A stretch of 63,851 bases of DNA, counting the filler, from Platydemus manokwari (Eukaryota), in NCBI GenBank assembly GCA_037951405.1. It is 6 parts of 6 records of this genome, joined end to end, with 100 filler letters (N's around TTAATTAATTAA, not from the genome) between each part and the next. Parts side by side here need not be neighbours in the genome. Positions count along the whole stretch, not along the records: positions 41,974 to 54,912 come from JBBMOY011895831.1; positions 55,013 to 63,851 come from JBBMOY011341760.1; 4 more parts are not named here. One strand, given 5' to 3'. This document shows positions 53,503-63,851 of the stretch, in pieces. Under the pieces are notes generated by a model. That model worked only from the letters and a program-made list of their open reading frames with translations. It was not told the origin of the DNA and did not search any database. Within the stretch, counting starts at the first letter, position 1, and every line of letters begins with the position of its first letter. Both the position numbers and the translations under genes were made by a program.

Positions 53503-54350
53503 AACTTCGTTCGAAGGATTTCATCAACTTCGTTCAAATTTATAAATTAAAAATTGATGGTTATAACAAAAATAAAAGAATAGAAGAATTCAAAAAGATT
53601 GTTTCCTATAAAACTAAATTAAATACTGAAGCTGAATAAAAACTACATTCTAAAATTTTGTTGCCCAATTTTATAAACCACTATTAGCACCAGTTGTACA
53701 AAATCAAGAAAAACAACACTTAGCAATGGAGAAGCTGTAAAAATCATTAAAAATAATTTAGAAAACATTAGAAATAATAGAAATGAATAACAAGGATTTT
53801 AAAATTTTAAAAATTAATTCTACAAAATTCTTGATTACAAAATTCGATGGTAAACCTTATATTACTTATACTGGAGATGGAAGCGATTTTGAGATCACTG
53901 ATGGTTTATTAAACATTATTTTGGGGGATAAAGATGCAAATAAAACTATAAAAGACATTCAATCCAATTTTAATATTTTGGAAAAAACAAATATTACAAA
54001 GGTAGCCAAATTTAAGAAATTTGTATATATCAAATATTTAAACAAAATTCTATCAATGCCACAGGCTGGAAAGGAATTCCCAATGTCGCCGCAGATTGAA
54101 AATAAAAAGGAGGGGATGGGATTAAATCCAATAGTATTATTTTATGAATTAAGAATATTATTAGCAGCTAAAAAAGGAGGAAATAATAATGTTTCTAATT
54201 CAATAAATAGTATTTTAATAAAATTATATAAACTAGGGTATTTAACTAAAGATAGAAAAGACAAAATAATTAAAAAGTATTTTCATTGAAGTATTTTCAA
54301 TCAAATTTAAGGAAGTTGAACGAAGTTGATGAAATCCTTCGAACGAAGTT
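53503..54350. repeat. Perfect 35-bp inverted repeat pair (53503-53537 and 54316-54350)
   Basis: aacttcgttcgaaggatttcatcaacttcgttcaa and its exact reverse complement. Confidence 0.95.
53783..54289 (+). pseudogene. Polinton conserved hypothetical gene X (open 168-aa C-terminal part)
   Basis: FEITDGLLNIILG...NPIVLFYELRILLAAKKGGNNNVSNSINSILIKLYKLGYL; three homologous copies in the window. The LxxLLAxKxxGN tail is typical of a conserved Maverick ORF. Confidence 0.7.
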
Positions 54351-54392
54351 CCCCTCCTTTCCTTCCCTTCCGTTAAAATTTAGGCTGAAAAA

Positions 54393-54912
54393 ATGGTCGC
54401 AAAATTAGATGCAAATTATTATAAATTTAAACATGAAACTAAAAAAGAAGATTTATATATTATTAACTCATCATCATCTACAGCAACGAATTTAGTTCAA
54501 GCCTCTGATACTAATTTCGAATCTAAACAAAACTTCAAATCCTCTAGATATTTGCAATAGTTTCTTAATATATGAATTTGGGATTGAATTAAAAAAGATA
54601 AAACATACTGCTGGTGTAGAAGAAAATAATTTCTTTTCTAATTTATTTAATTCTGAGATTAACATTAGAACACATTAATTTGAAAATATTGAAAGTGTTG
54701 GAGAAATTTTTAGTATGTTAAATTTTAAATTATTAAATCAACCTGATGAAAGAACTGGAGAGTTGACAACATGGATTCTAGATAAAACTAAATAAGATCC
54801 AGATAAAAATAATAAGGGATTGAAAAGAAGCATAGCCTTTTATAATTTAAAAAGCAAGTATACACGACGATTTTCATTAAAATAAATATTTGGATTTTTA
54901 GAAAACTATAAT
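54393..54912 (+). pseudogene. Putative Polinton major capsid (double jelly-roll) N-terminal part, truncated by the gap
   Basis: ENNFFSNLF..FENIESVGEIFSML..W..D..NKG..R..FSLK*IFGFLENY, a motif pattern seen in Maverick capsid proteins. Confidence 0.62.
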
Positions 54913-55012
54913 NNNNNNNNNNNNNNNNNNNNNNNNNNNNNNNNNNNNNNNNNNNNTTAATTAATTAANNNNNNNNNNNNNNNNNNNNNNNNNNNNNNNN
55001 NNNNNNNNNNNN
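54913..55012. other. Artificial contig spacer
   Basis: N44-TTAATTAATTAA-N44. Confidence 0.98.
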
Positions 55013-55123
55013 TTATATATTGAAATATATCATTTAATTGCGTAATATACTCATACTTATTATGTATAAGGATGTAGAAACACACACACACTAATATATA
55101 TATATATATATATGACAACTAAC

Positions 55124-58100
55124 CATGATCGGGGAACTTTTTCCTACAAGCTGATATATAATCCATTTCCGGTTTTGGAAAACCTCTGTTAGGACGTTTG
55201 TGACGAGATCTCATAACAATGAGATTTGGGGTGAATCCATCTTGAGCGCACTGAAAAAATGCCAACCGATCTGAGTGGCACCTTGTCCAATAATGTCTAA
55301 TAACAACCGGTACTGCCCAATGACTGCAGCTGTAAGTAGCCAAATGACGCTTGTAGGCTGAGTAAAGAAGATTGCTTTCGGTAATGGTTTTATGAAGTTG
55401 TCCTCGAAGATCTAATAATCGAAATAATAATTATTATAATAACAATAAAAATATTTAGAATAATTAAAAAAAGAGAACTCACCAACATATTTAGCTCTTA
55501 TTTCACCAGAGCTTTCTTCATCTTCACCGTCATTGTAACATGAGTAAGGTTTATTTTCGAATCTTTTGTCATCGTCGGTGTCACCGGCACTGGCATGACT
55601 ATGAGTGGAAAAACCAGTGGACTGGCTAGAAGCGCATGACAAAAGACTTTTCAACGAAAACTTTCTTCGTAATCTGTTATGGCAATTATCATCAATTGGA
55701 AGCTGGACTTCATTTTCAATCAACTGAGCTTCACTTAATGTCTGACTATGATCTAAAATCGGTTCCTCATCTTCCATGAGACCGATTGTCATTCTGTCAC
55801 TTGAATTGGAAATGCAAGTAGAAGAGTTCTATTAAAGTATAATTCAATAAATCATTTTAGCACACAACTCTCACATGTAATTGAATTATTTCATCTCTCT
55901 CACTTTTTTGTCTCAACAATACCCACCCAGTCGCAATTTCTGAGCAATTTTCATGACGTTCAAATATCCATTTACCTTTTTCAAATAAGCTTTCTCCAAA
56001 TGTTAAGAGCCTCGTTGTTCCTAATCTAAAATTGTTCCAAATAAGATATTTATTCCGGTTTTATCGAAACAGTTTTATCAAATGTAGGATTTGGTTTATA
56101 AAATTCTTCGTTAAACGAAGAAATATAAAATCATTTATTAAAATCATCACCATGGAGACAAAACAGAATGTAAGCACACACGCACATAAATTAACACAAA
56201 AAACCCAACTGAAAAATGATAAATGCTATCAGCTGAACATAGTGAAAGTAATTCATTCAAAGATATAATGCAATTAATTTTTTTCTTGGCTAGTACACTA
56301 CATTTATCCATACACGATATGAATGCACTTCATAGAAAAATGTGTACTTTTACCGTGAGAACAGTGTGATTGGAACAGTTCTATTTTTAACCAAAGTCAA
56401 CAATAAATCAACTGATAGTAAATGGATAAAAATAAACTGGAGATATGAATTGAAATAAAAACCCAAGTGAATGGAAAATTGGTATTGATATTATTAGAAA
56501 TGGAATACGAAAATTCATTGGCATTAATGGAATTTAATTTATGTTCAAGAGAAAGAAAAAAACAATTTTCGAAATTCAATATTTTCTAATCTAATTTACA
56601 AGCAAGATCAAACGAATTCAGTTGACTTGAACTCATTAAAGAATGAGCTTGAGTAATTACTTTCAACAAAAGACGTCATAAAGTCATTTGTAAAAGCAAT
56701 GAGTTCGAGGTGATTTTTGTTTCTAAGATTTCACTAACAAAAAAGCATTGGTTGTTTACATAATAAATCAATAACATGGCAACAATAAATACATCGGATA
56801 GTTGAGAACTCGGCTAATATTACCGTTAATCGAAAATCAATTTACTATATATTACAGATCAATAATGATTTATTTCGTTTCAATTAATCGATATTTATTA
56901 AACATTACTCGAAATTTTCGATATTTTGTTTATAATATTATTTTAACAAATGTGGCTGATGTTATAGAATAAAAATTACACAAAACCTGATTCCATTTTA
57001 CTTAAACACAACTAAAGATGGATCGACAGTTCTGGTCTGACTAATTGTAACTTATTTAATAAAACCACTTTTGACATCTAGTTGAATATGACATGTCTTA
57101 TTCCTTGTAATTTAATTAATTGATTTAAATCAATATTTTTCCTGGAACGATGAGATGATATTAATTCAGTTCGATTGTATATACCAGTGTTTTTCAAACA
57201 GGGTTCCACCAGTACACCCCATGGATCTCAAAATTTATAAATTGCTAAATTAGAACAACGAACAAATAAGCAACATGTTAAATTCAATTTCGAAAATCTT
57301 TTATTAATATTATTATTTTATTATTTATTGATTAAATATACTAAATTTAACATAATTAAATTTGCTAAATTTGAAAGATCACTTTGTCCTACCGCTATTG
57401 GGTTTGCTTTTATATATTTTGGTTGCTGGTTGAAAAGGAATATCCTGCAATTACCCAGAAAGCGCTACGACTTCTTGCGCAATTTTCAACCTCATATTTG
57501 GATTTTCAGCTTTGACAACCATCAAACACAAGAACCAAGGACAATTGCTGACTGTGGAAAATGAACTTAGTGTGTGTCTGTCAAAAACAAGACCGAATCT
57601 TAAAGAGTTGCGCAAGAAACACTAGGCTCAAATTTCCCACTGAGTTTTTAATTAGAATTTAGTCTATTCAAACATGTACAATACTCTGAACATAATTACT
57701 TTTATTTTATTTTTAAAAATAAATGCTATTTTCTGCACAAAGCAATTAAATTATTGCACAGTGGTTCCCCGAGCCAGAGGAATGTTTCCGTGGGATTCCT
57801 CTCCAGTAAAAAGATTGAAAATTACTGGTATATACTAAAATATATCGAGATTCTTGATGGGAATTTCGCTTTAACGCTTCCAGTTAAGAATTGATTAATG
57901 TCTAGTACTGTATAGATAAATAAAGACATACAAATTTTCCATAAAAATTGCTTTTAGATTGTATTTTTCTAAATTCGAGATGAAATATAAAATGTATCTG
58001 ACTAAAAAAAAATCAAAAATTCAAAGTCATCCAGAGAATCAAAGCAGTCGCATGGTTGCAAAACATATTTAACAGAGAATACATAACGAATCTCAAACAC

Positions 58101-60061
58101 TAACCCATAGCAAAAATTATTGAATAGTTTAAAAAACAAGAAGTTTTACAAAACAAGTAAGATGTGATGGAAGACGTAGGCACAACAACTGCGATAATTT
58201 CAGCTCTTATACGAAGCCACTACTGTAAGAAAATACAATATTACAGACAAATTGCAAGTTGAATGTAGACAACCATAACGAACGAATGCAATTTAAATTG
58301 AATGCTAATCAAGATATTCTTTATTCATAAAGGAAATTTTTACGTCCACGGAGAGATTAACTTTTGACTTTGAGAGCATATGAAGATTATTATATGTCAG
58401 GAAAAGATAAAAGTCAAAAATCATCGCAAGCAACATTTATATCTGATACCATTTCAAGGACTTCAATGTGAAATAATTGATTGAAATTAATATTTCAGCT
58501 ATAACATATCAAATATAAAGGTCATTACATTACATTGTTAACTACTAATGACGTGTAAGTGAGAAAGACATATAAGAATGTTTTTGAGAGAAAAAACAAA
58601 TCTAAAAAATGAGCTCGCAATGTACAAAGATATGAAGTTATATATCACTTCAATATTATTATAAAATGTTCTTGGTTTCTTGAGGAAAAGTATTTCAAAA
58701 ATCGTTTGAGCCTTAAGAAGAGATTGAAATTTTTCTCGCTGAAAATAATTCTGGACAGGCCAATTTGATTATGAATGATTTTACTGGATATAGGGGTTGG
58801 AATTATGGATAATTTAGTGTTTCGAATAAATCGATGCAAGTATCAAAACTGAAATTAAACCATTCATAAAATATGGAAACTAGCGAAAATAAAATGCACA
58901 AAAAATATGCTCCATATGTGCCCAATTTGAAATAGTATATGTTATAGAGTTATTATATTACAAGCCAAATAAGCACTGTTTCTACATTATTACGAGTTGC
59001 CAAAATTACCATAATGGGGAATTAACCCTGGTTCAAGTTTGGTTGGCTAAAAGCGAAGAAAATAATATTTCAATGAAAGTATTGATATCACAAATGACAT
59101 CATATTTATGAGAAATTCGACTCTCTGTTTTAGCAGATAAGGAAACCAAATATCAAAACTTATGTGTAGCGCACCTCTCTTATCAAAAACACCCAGATTT
59201 GATAAACCAAAGATTAGTAAACAGGGACACCGATCTCATTATTTTTTTATTTGTTAAATTAAATGAGGTGGAAAACTGGCCTAATAACTATTTATGCAAA
59301 TTGTATCAGATTTTGCGTACTACTTAACGTAACGAGTAATTCTTCCGAATCTCATCTTTGCTCACAGCACACATCATGATCAAGATCAGACACAATCACT
59401 TTAAATTAAATTAACAAAGCCCTTACTTTTCTCGAGCTACGAATGCAGCCGCCTTTTTGTTTGTGTTATCGGCAGATTTTTCATTTGATCTCGAATATTT
59501 ATTGTTCAGAAAGTTTTCACCGAAGAATGCAGTGCCCCCAACACATCCACAAAATACTGACATATTCTGTTCATTTTCATCTAAATCATTCCATAGGAAC
59601 CAGAGACGTTTGGTTTTATTGTCATGGTATTTCAAAAAATTGTCTTGCCAAACTCTATAGTCAACCATTGGAAGAGCTATTCCTGCATTGAGAACCACAT
59701 TTCCAAGAGATAGGGAGCCTGTCTCAAGCCAAGTATCAGCACCAATTTCATCAACTATTACACAAAATATATACATTTCTCAAAAATCAAAGAAAAACAA
59801 CAGAATCTAACTGATTGGTTTGATATATTGTTTCACTGAGAATTCGGGTAAAATCGCTGAAATTCCTTCCTTTGTAGTGGGACCATGCAAATTGCAATTG
59901 ACCAAATGTACTGGGCCTATCACTTTCAATTCCAGACATGTACTATCTTCAACAATATTGATATGCAATCCATCGAATAAAACTCTTAATAATTTATATT
60001 TCACATCCGACTCAGTTGGACAGAGACAGCGATGTTTGTATTGCCATTCGGGACATTCTGA
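55124..60061 (-). CDS. BLTP1: Internal exons of bridge-like lipid transfer protein BLTP1/KIAA1109/Tweek (partial): 60061-59812, 59754-59427, 55828-55483, 55411-55124; possible small exon 59046-59010
   Basis: CPTESDVKYKLLR..VNCNLHG..EGISA..FSVKQYI; WLETG..QDNFLKYHDNKTKRLWFLW..CGCVGGTAFFG (recalled KIAA1109 RLWFLW..CGCLGGCRFFG); VDLRGQLHKTITES.LL.S.Y..HL..CSHW. Junctions are GT-AG with matching phases within each exon pair. Intervening exons were not resolved. Confidence 0.82.
57185..57827 (+). mobile_element. Internally deleted hAT (Buster/Charlie-type) transposon in a BLTP1 intron
   Basis: TIRs CAGTGTTTTTCAA...TTGAAAATTACTG; perfect 8-bp TSD GTATATAC (57177-57184 and 57828-57835); transposase tail FWLLVEKEYPAITQKALRLLAQFSTSYL / GFSALTTIK..VENELSVCLS..RP..AQISH-stop. 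Confidence 0.93.
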
Positions 60062-60760
60062 CTTTAAAGGAAAACACAATCAATATTGTTTACAATAAAT
60101 TTTAATTAAAATTAAGTAGAATTTTGTGGGGAAATATTTTTATCCAAGAATTCACCACTCAATATTAATGAAGTCCTCAATGGAGATTACATTCATTTAA
60201 CCAGCTATAATCGGAGAAATATGATAAGTGATAATCAGATTTACAATATGAGCCCAATCGCTTTTATCGAATCTTATAAAATCCACAATTATCAGCACTG
60301 GCATAATTGTATTTGAAAATTTAATATTATATTTAATGATAATCGATTAATTAATTTGATCTAATAATAATTAAATCCATTATTTAGAAAGAACAGATAT
60401 TATTTTATAAAACGGAAAAATTTATTATACAATTCACTTTGTTTTGTTTTTAATCATCTAGGTTATTTATTTAACAATTTTTATGTCAATTCATATTATT
60501 ATTGGGAAATAAGAAGCTGGATGAAAATAGGATTTGTTCCAACACAGAAATTCTTATCAATAAACAGTTCCAATTCCAACATTATGACATGATAAAATTC
60601 ATCAATCATTTTAGTTCAGTTTTTTTAATGCTGATTTTAGCGATAATTTCTTAAAATCGATTTTTTGAAATTGCGTGTTTGATTCGAAGCTAATGTTTAT
60701 TTTAAAAAGGATTGATTTAAATGCTATTCCAAGTTTAGTTGTTGAACAAGTTTGTAAATA

Positions 60761-60986
60761 CATAATGTCCAAAAAATTTCGCCTCATTTTATAAGACAAA
60801 CGAATGTAAGTTTTCAATGGATTTTACGGTATGGCGAATGAGAACCACGAGCACAACGATAACCATGAATGAACCAAATATCCAACAATGATCAATACGA
60901 AAGAAACAAGAATAATACAATAAAATTCATTGAAAACTTACATTCGTTTATCTTATAAAATCAGGTGAAACTTTTTGGACACCCTG
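60761..60986. mobile_element. Tc1/mariner-type MITE (226 bp, about 70-bp imperfect TIRs, TA flanks)
   Basis: Right end ...ctttttggacaccctg-TA; left end TA-cataatgtccaaaaaatttc...ttttataagacaaacgaatgtaagttttcaatg is its reverse complement with a few mismatches. Confidence 0.88.
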
Positions 60987-62059
60987 TATATTTAGATCTT
61001 CATCCTCATTAAAAATGTATAATAATAATTATTATTACTTTCATTATAAATAGCTTTATAATTAGATTACAAATTTAATAACTTATTATCTCATGATGAA
61101 ATCAATAACTTAAAAAATTATTAAAAATAAAAAATATCAATATGAAGGTCGAAATCGTTACAAAATGTCAATCTTTTACGATTTCAGCTCTCCAGCATTG
61201 ATTGTGAATCGTTGTTGGAATTGATGATTGAAAAATTGACATTTTACAACATGTGCTCTATCTCGACAGATTGGTTTCATAGTCCATTCTACTCGTCTGT
61301 ATCGAATAAAATCTCGAATCTATCACTTAATAATTCGCCCATCGATGAATTATCGAACCCAGTACCCTCTCATAATCATGTACACTTTCACTTATTGGAT
61401 TTTAGTTTCATGACAGAGATATTTCAAAAATATACAATCATTATTATCCTTAAAAATATGCACCAATATTTCTGAGGGACGACTTCAGTAAAATTAAAAA
61501 ATCTACGATAAATATTATCAAATAATTATAATGCAATCTCGACACATGTGGATACAAATTTATAAAAATATCTGAAAGTAAAAATGGAAATATGTATATG
61601 CCGAGCTCAATATCAAATTCATTAATAGTATAAATTCCTTAAAACTTCAATATTTAAATAATAAAATATCGTTTCTGATGAGAAATGACATTTTTTTCCC
61701 CAATCTCTTCCATGCCCAACGGAGATATTTATGCATAGTTTAATTTGCTTTTGGGTTACTTGAGATGGTTGGCAGAAATTTAAATAATATCCCATAACAA
61801 ATGCTCGTTCACATAAGCTTGAATTAATTGAAATTCTGTTTAAAGAAGTGGAATGATGTTAAATAGAAAAGATTTTTGCTGTATTGTCTCCGTACTGCAT
61901 AATGATGAAAAGGCAATTTGACTAACAATATTTCACATTTATCAATGTTAACAGATGCTTTGAAAAGTTTTATTCTGAATTTACTCTGAAACGATCTCAT
62001 TAGAATTTGAAAAAAAAACAAAAAATAAGAAAAAAAATAAGTTTGAATTTTGGAAATCA

Positions 62060-62315
62060 ATATAAGCTCAACTTTGATTATAATAACCTTGTTTTTAATA
62101 GAATTTGTTATAGAAAATTATTTATTAATTATTGATTTATTATATTATAATTATTATTAATAATAAATTATTATTAATAATAATAGTACAAAAAAATAGG
62201 AAAAATAATAAAAAATTGACTTTTGAAAATTCATATAAGCTTGATCTTGATTATAGTAGATTTGTTTTTAAAAGAATTTGTTTGAGAAAAGTATTTAATA
62301 ATTATTGATTGATTT
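62060..62315 (+). repeat. Diverged direct repeat of about 80 bp, period about 175 bp
   Basis: atataagct...ttgattata.ta...ttgtttttaa.agaatttgtt..agaaaa.tattta.taattattgatt occurs at 62060 and 62234. Confidence 0.75.
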
Positions 62316-63851
62316 TATAATCAAATAATAACTATAATTAATAATAATAAACTATAATTAATAATAATATATTTTCTCAGGCACTTATGGTGGGAATTTA
62401 AATAATATAAAATTGGAACTGACTAATATTCCAGACATACATATTTATTATCAATATAAAATAAAAATAACAAAAAAATAATAAAAAAGTACTAAAAAAT
62501 AAAAAAATTCAACTAAATTGATTTTTTAGAAATAATAATCGGCTTGCTTAGAATATTTCAATGATTTCCACACTCGGAGTATGATTATTCCGGGAGAAAG
62601 AAAATTTATTTCGATAACATAATAAATATTGACAATATATTCTAACATCAATATTTGGTTATGTCGATTATTTTTTTGTTCGGTTATGTATCACTTAAAA
62701 TTGATTTCAAATTTCTTCATTTTCTCAAACATAAAACACCGGATCGACTAAACTGAATTGAAAATTTCATTCAATCCATCCAATAATAAATTTAACAAAA
62801 CCAACAAGATAATAAGTGTCACCAGAAGCATAATTTGAAAAATTGAATTCGATAACCAATTAATTCTATTAGTTAGATATTAAAATCAATAAATTGGAAT
62901 AATTTTTACAAACTTATTAAAAGGAATAAATCACTCATAGAAAATCAAACATTTTAATCGATAAATCACAAATAAAGAAAATCAACCCAAAATTTTCAAC
63001 GAGAAATAATAAAGCTCTTAAGATTTTATTTACATTGGCTCAATAGATTCTTTTTAAACGGTATTTAATTAATGTGGAAATATCAGATTGTATAAACCAT
63101 TTCTTGTACTATTATTCACTATAAAGTCTATGCCAAAAACGCGGGGAACTCGCTCCCTCAATTACCTTAGATTACGTCATAAGCTATTTAATTGAAACCA
63201 TTCACGGTGAGCGATGACTCACAATAGAATAACTACCAATCATAGCGGTCAAAAAATTCGAAAATTCTATGCAATTCTCCTTAAACAACGTGAAGGCTTA
63301 ACCAAGATAAATATCAACTATATAAAGATATCTTTGACTAATTTCAATCAAACATATCCAATCCTTTACCTCAACTATTCTTCATCACCAAAATTCGGTT
63401 TTAAACATAATATTTGTCAGTCGCTTCTATTTTAAATGGCCACATATTAAAAACGGACTGAAAAGACACTAATTATGTTCAAATGCAATTATATAAACAA
63501 ATTAAATCAAATTTTATACAAACTTAAATTTTCAAAACTTAATTCAATTTCAATATATATAGTGGCACAGATATGCATTTACCGGCGTACAAATAGAAAA
63601 CTGGTGTCATGTTTTGGAAACAATTCTTTCGGTTGACTTTTGTTTTCCACCTATTACACGACTTGCAGGGTAAGTACGCACATATATTGTTAAATTTCGA
63701 ACTTCATTTGTTCCTACTGTCCGCCAATGTGTTAATATTCAAATCAAAAGTCATGTTTACAACGTAAACCAAAGAATCTATTCGTCAATACATCAATTTT
63801 TAAACAAAATTTAAACAATAAATTTAAATTTATTTCCATCTGATTTGTCTT

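Larger units (their letters stand above)
51919..54912. mobile_element. Polinton/Maverick remnant, copy 3: integrase and PLA2X-like (minus), gene X and capsid (plus)
   Basis: Integrase plus genes homologous to copies 1 and 2. Confidence 0.85.

Noticed and set aside
53403-53639. 78-aa ORF MEGKELSS...
   Set aside because: It reads through the hairpin repeats into the broken 5' end of gene X and is likely a chance fusion.
59443-60098. Plus-strand ORFs of 67-92 aa
   Set aside because: Antisense shadows of BLTP1 exons.

Overview
Very AT-rich eukaryotic (animal) genomic DNA. It is not one continuous locus: six contigs (1-11609, 11710-21851, 21952-31917, 32018-41873, 41974-54912, 55013-63851) are joined by identical artificial 100-bp spacers (N44-TTAATTAATTAA-N44). 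The short 45-57 bp GT-AG introns, high AT content and element types suggest a flatworm/planarian-like genome (inference). Host genes: an intronless ADCY9-type transmembrane adenylyl cyclase, a 6-exon Canopy (CNPY3/4-like) ER protein ending in KSEL, a 2-exon LC8 dynein light chain, and several internal exons of BLTP1/KIAA1109. Most of the remainder is decayed mobile DNA. The most notable part is three independent remnants of one Polinton/Maverick (adintovirus-like) endogenous virus family, carrying between them an integrase, a PLA2X-like gene, an A32/FtsK packaging ATPase, a putative capsid gene, a conserved unknown gene and an entomopoxvirus-like Trp-repeat gene; in one copy the conserved gene is bracketed by a perfect 35-bp inverted hairpin repeat. 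Also present: a decayed region with tandem Ulp1-protease-like domains (probable NeSL-clade non-LTR element), a Gypsy-type gag, a mariner 3' end, a hAT/Buster element with TSD, a Tc1/mariner MITE and LTR-like dispersed repeats. Family assignments come from recalled motifs, not database searches.
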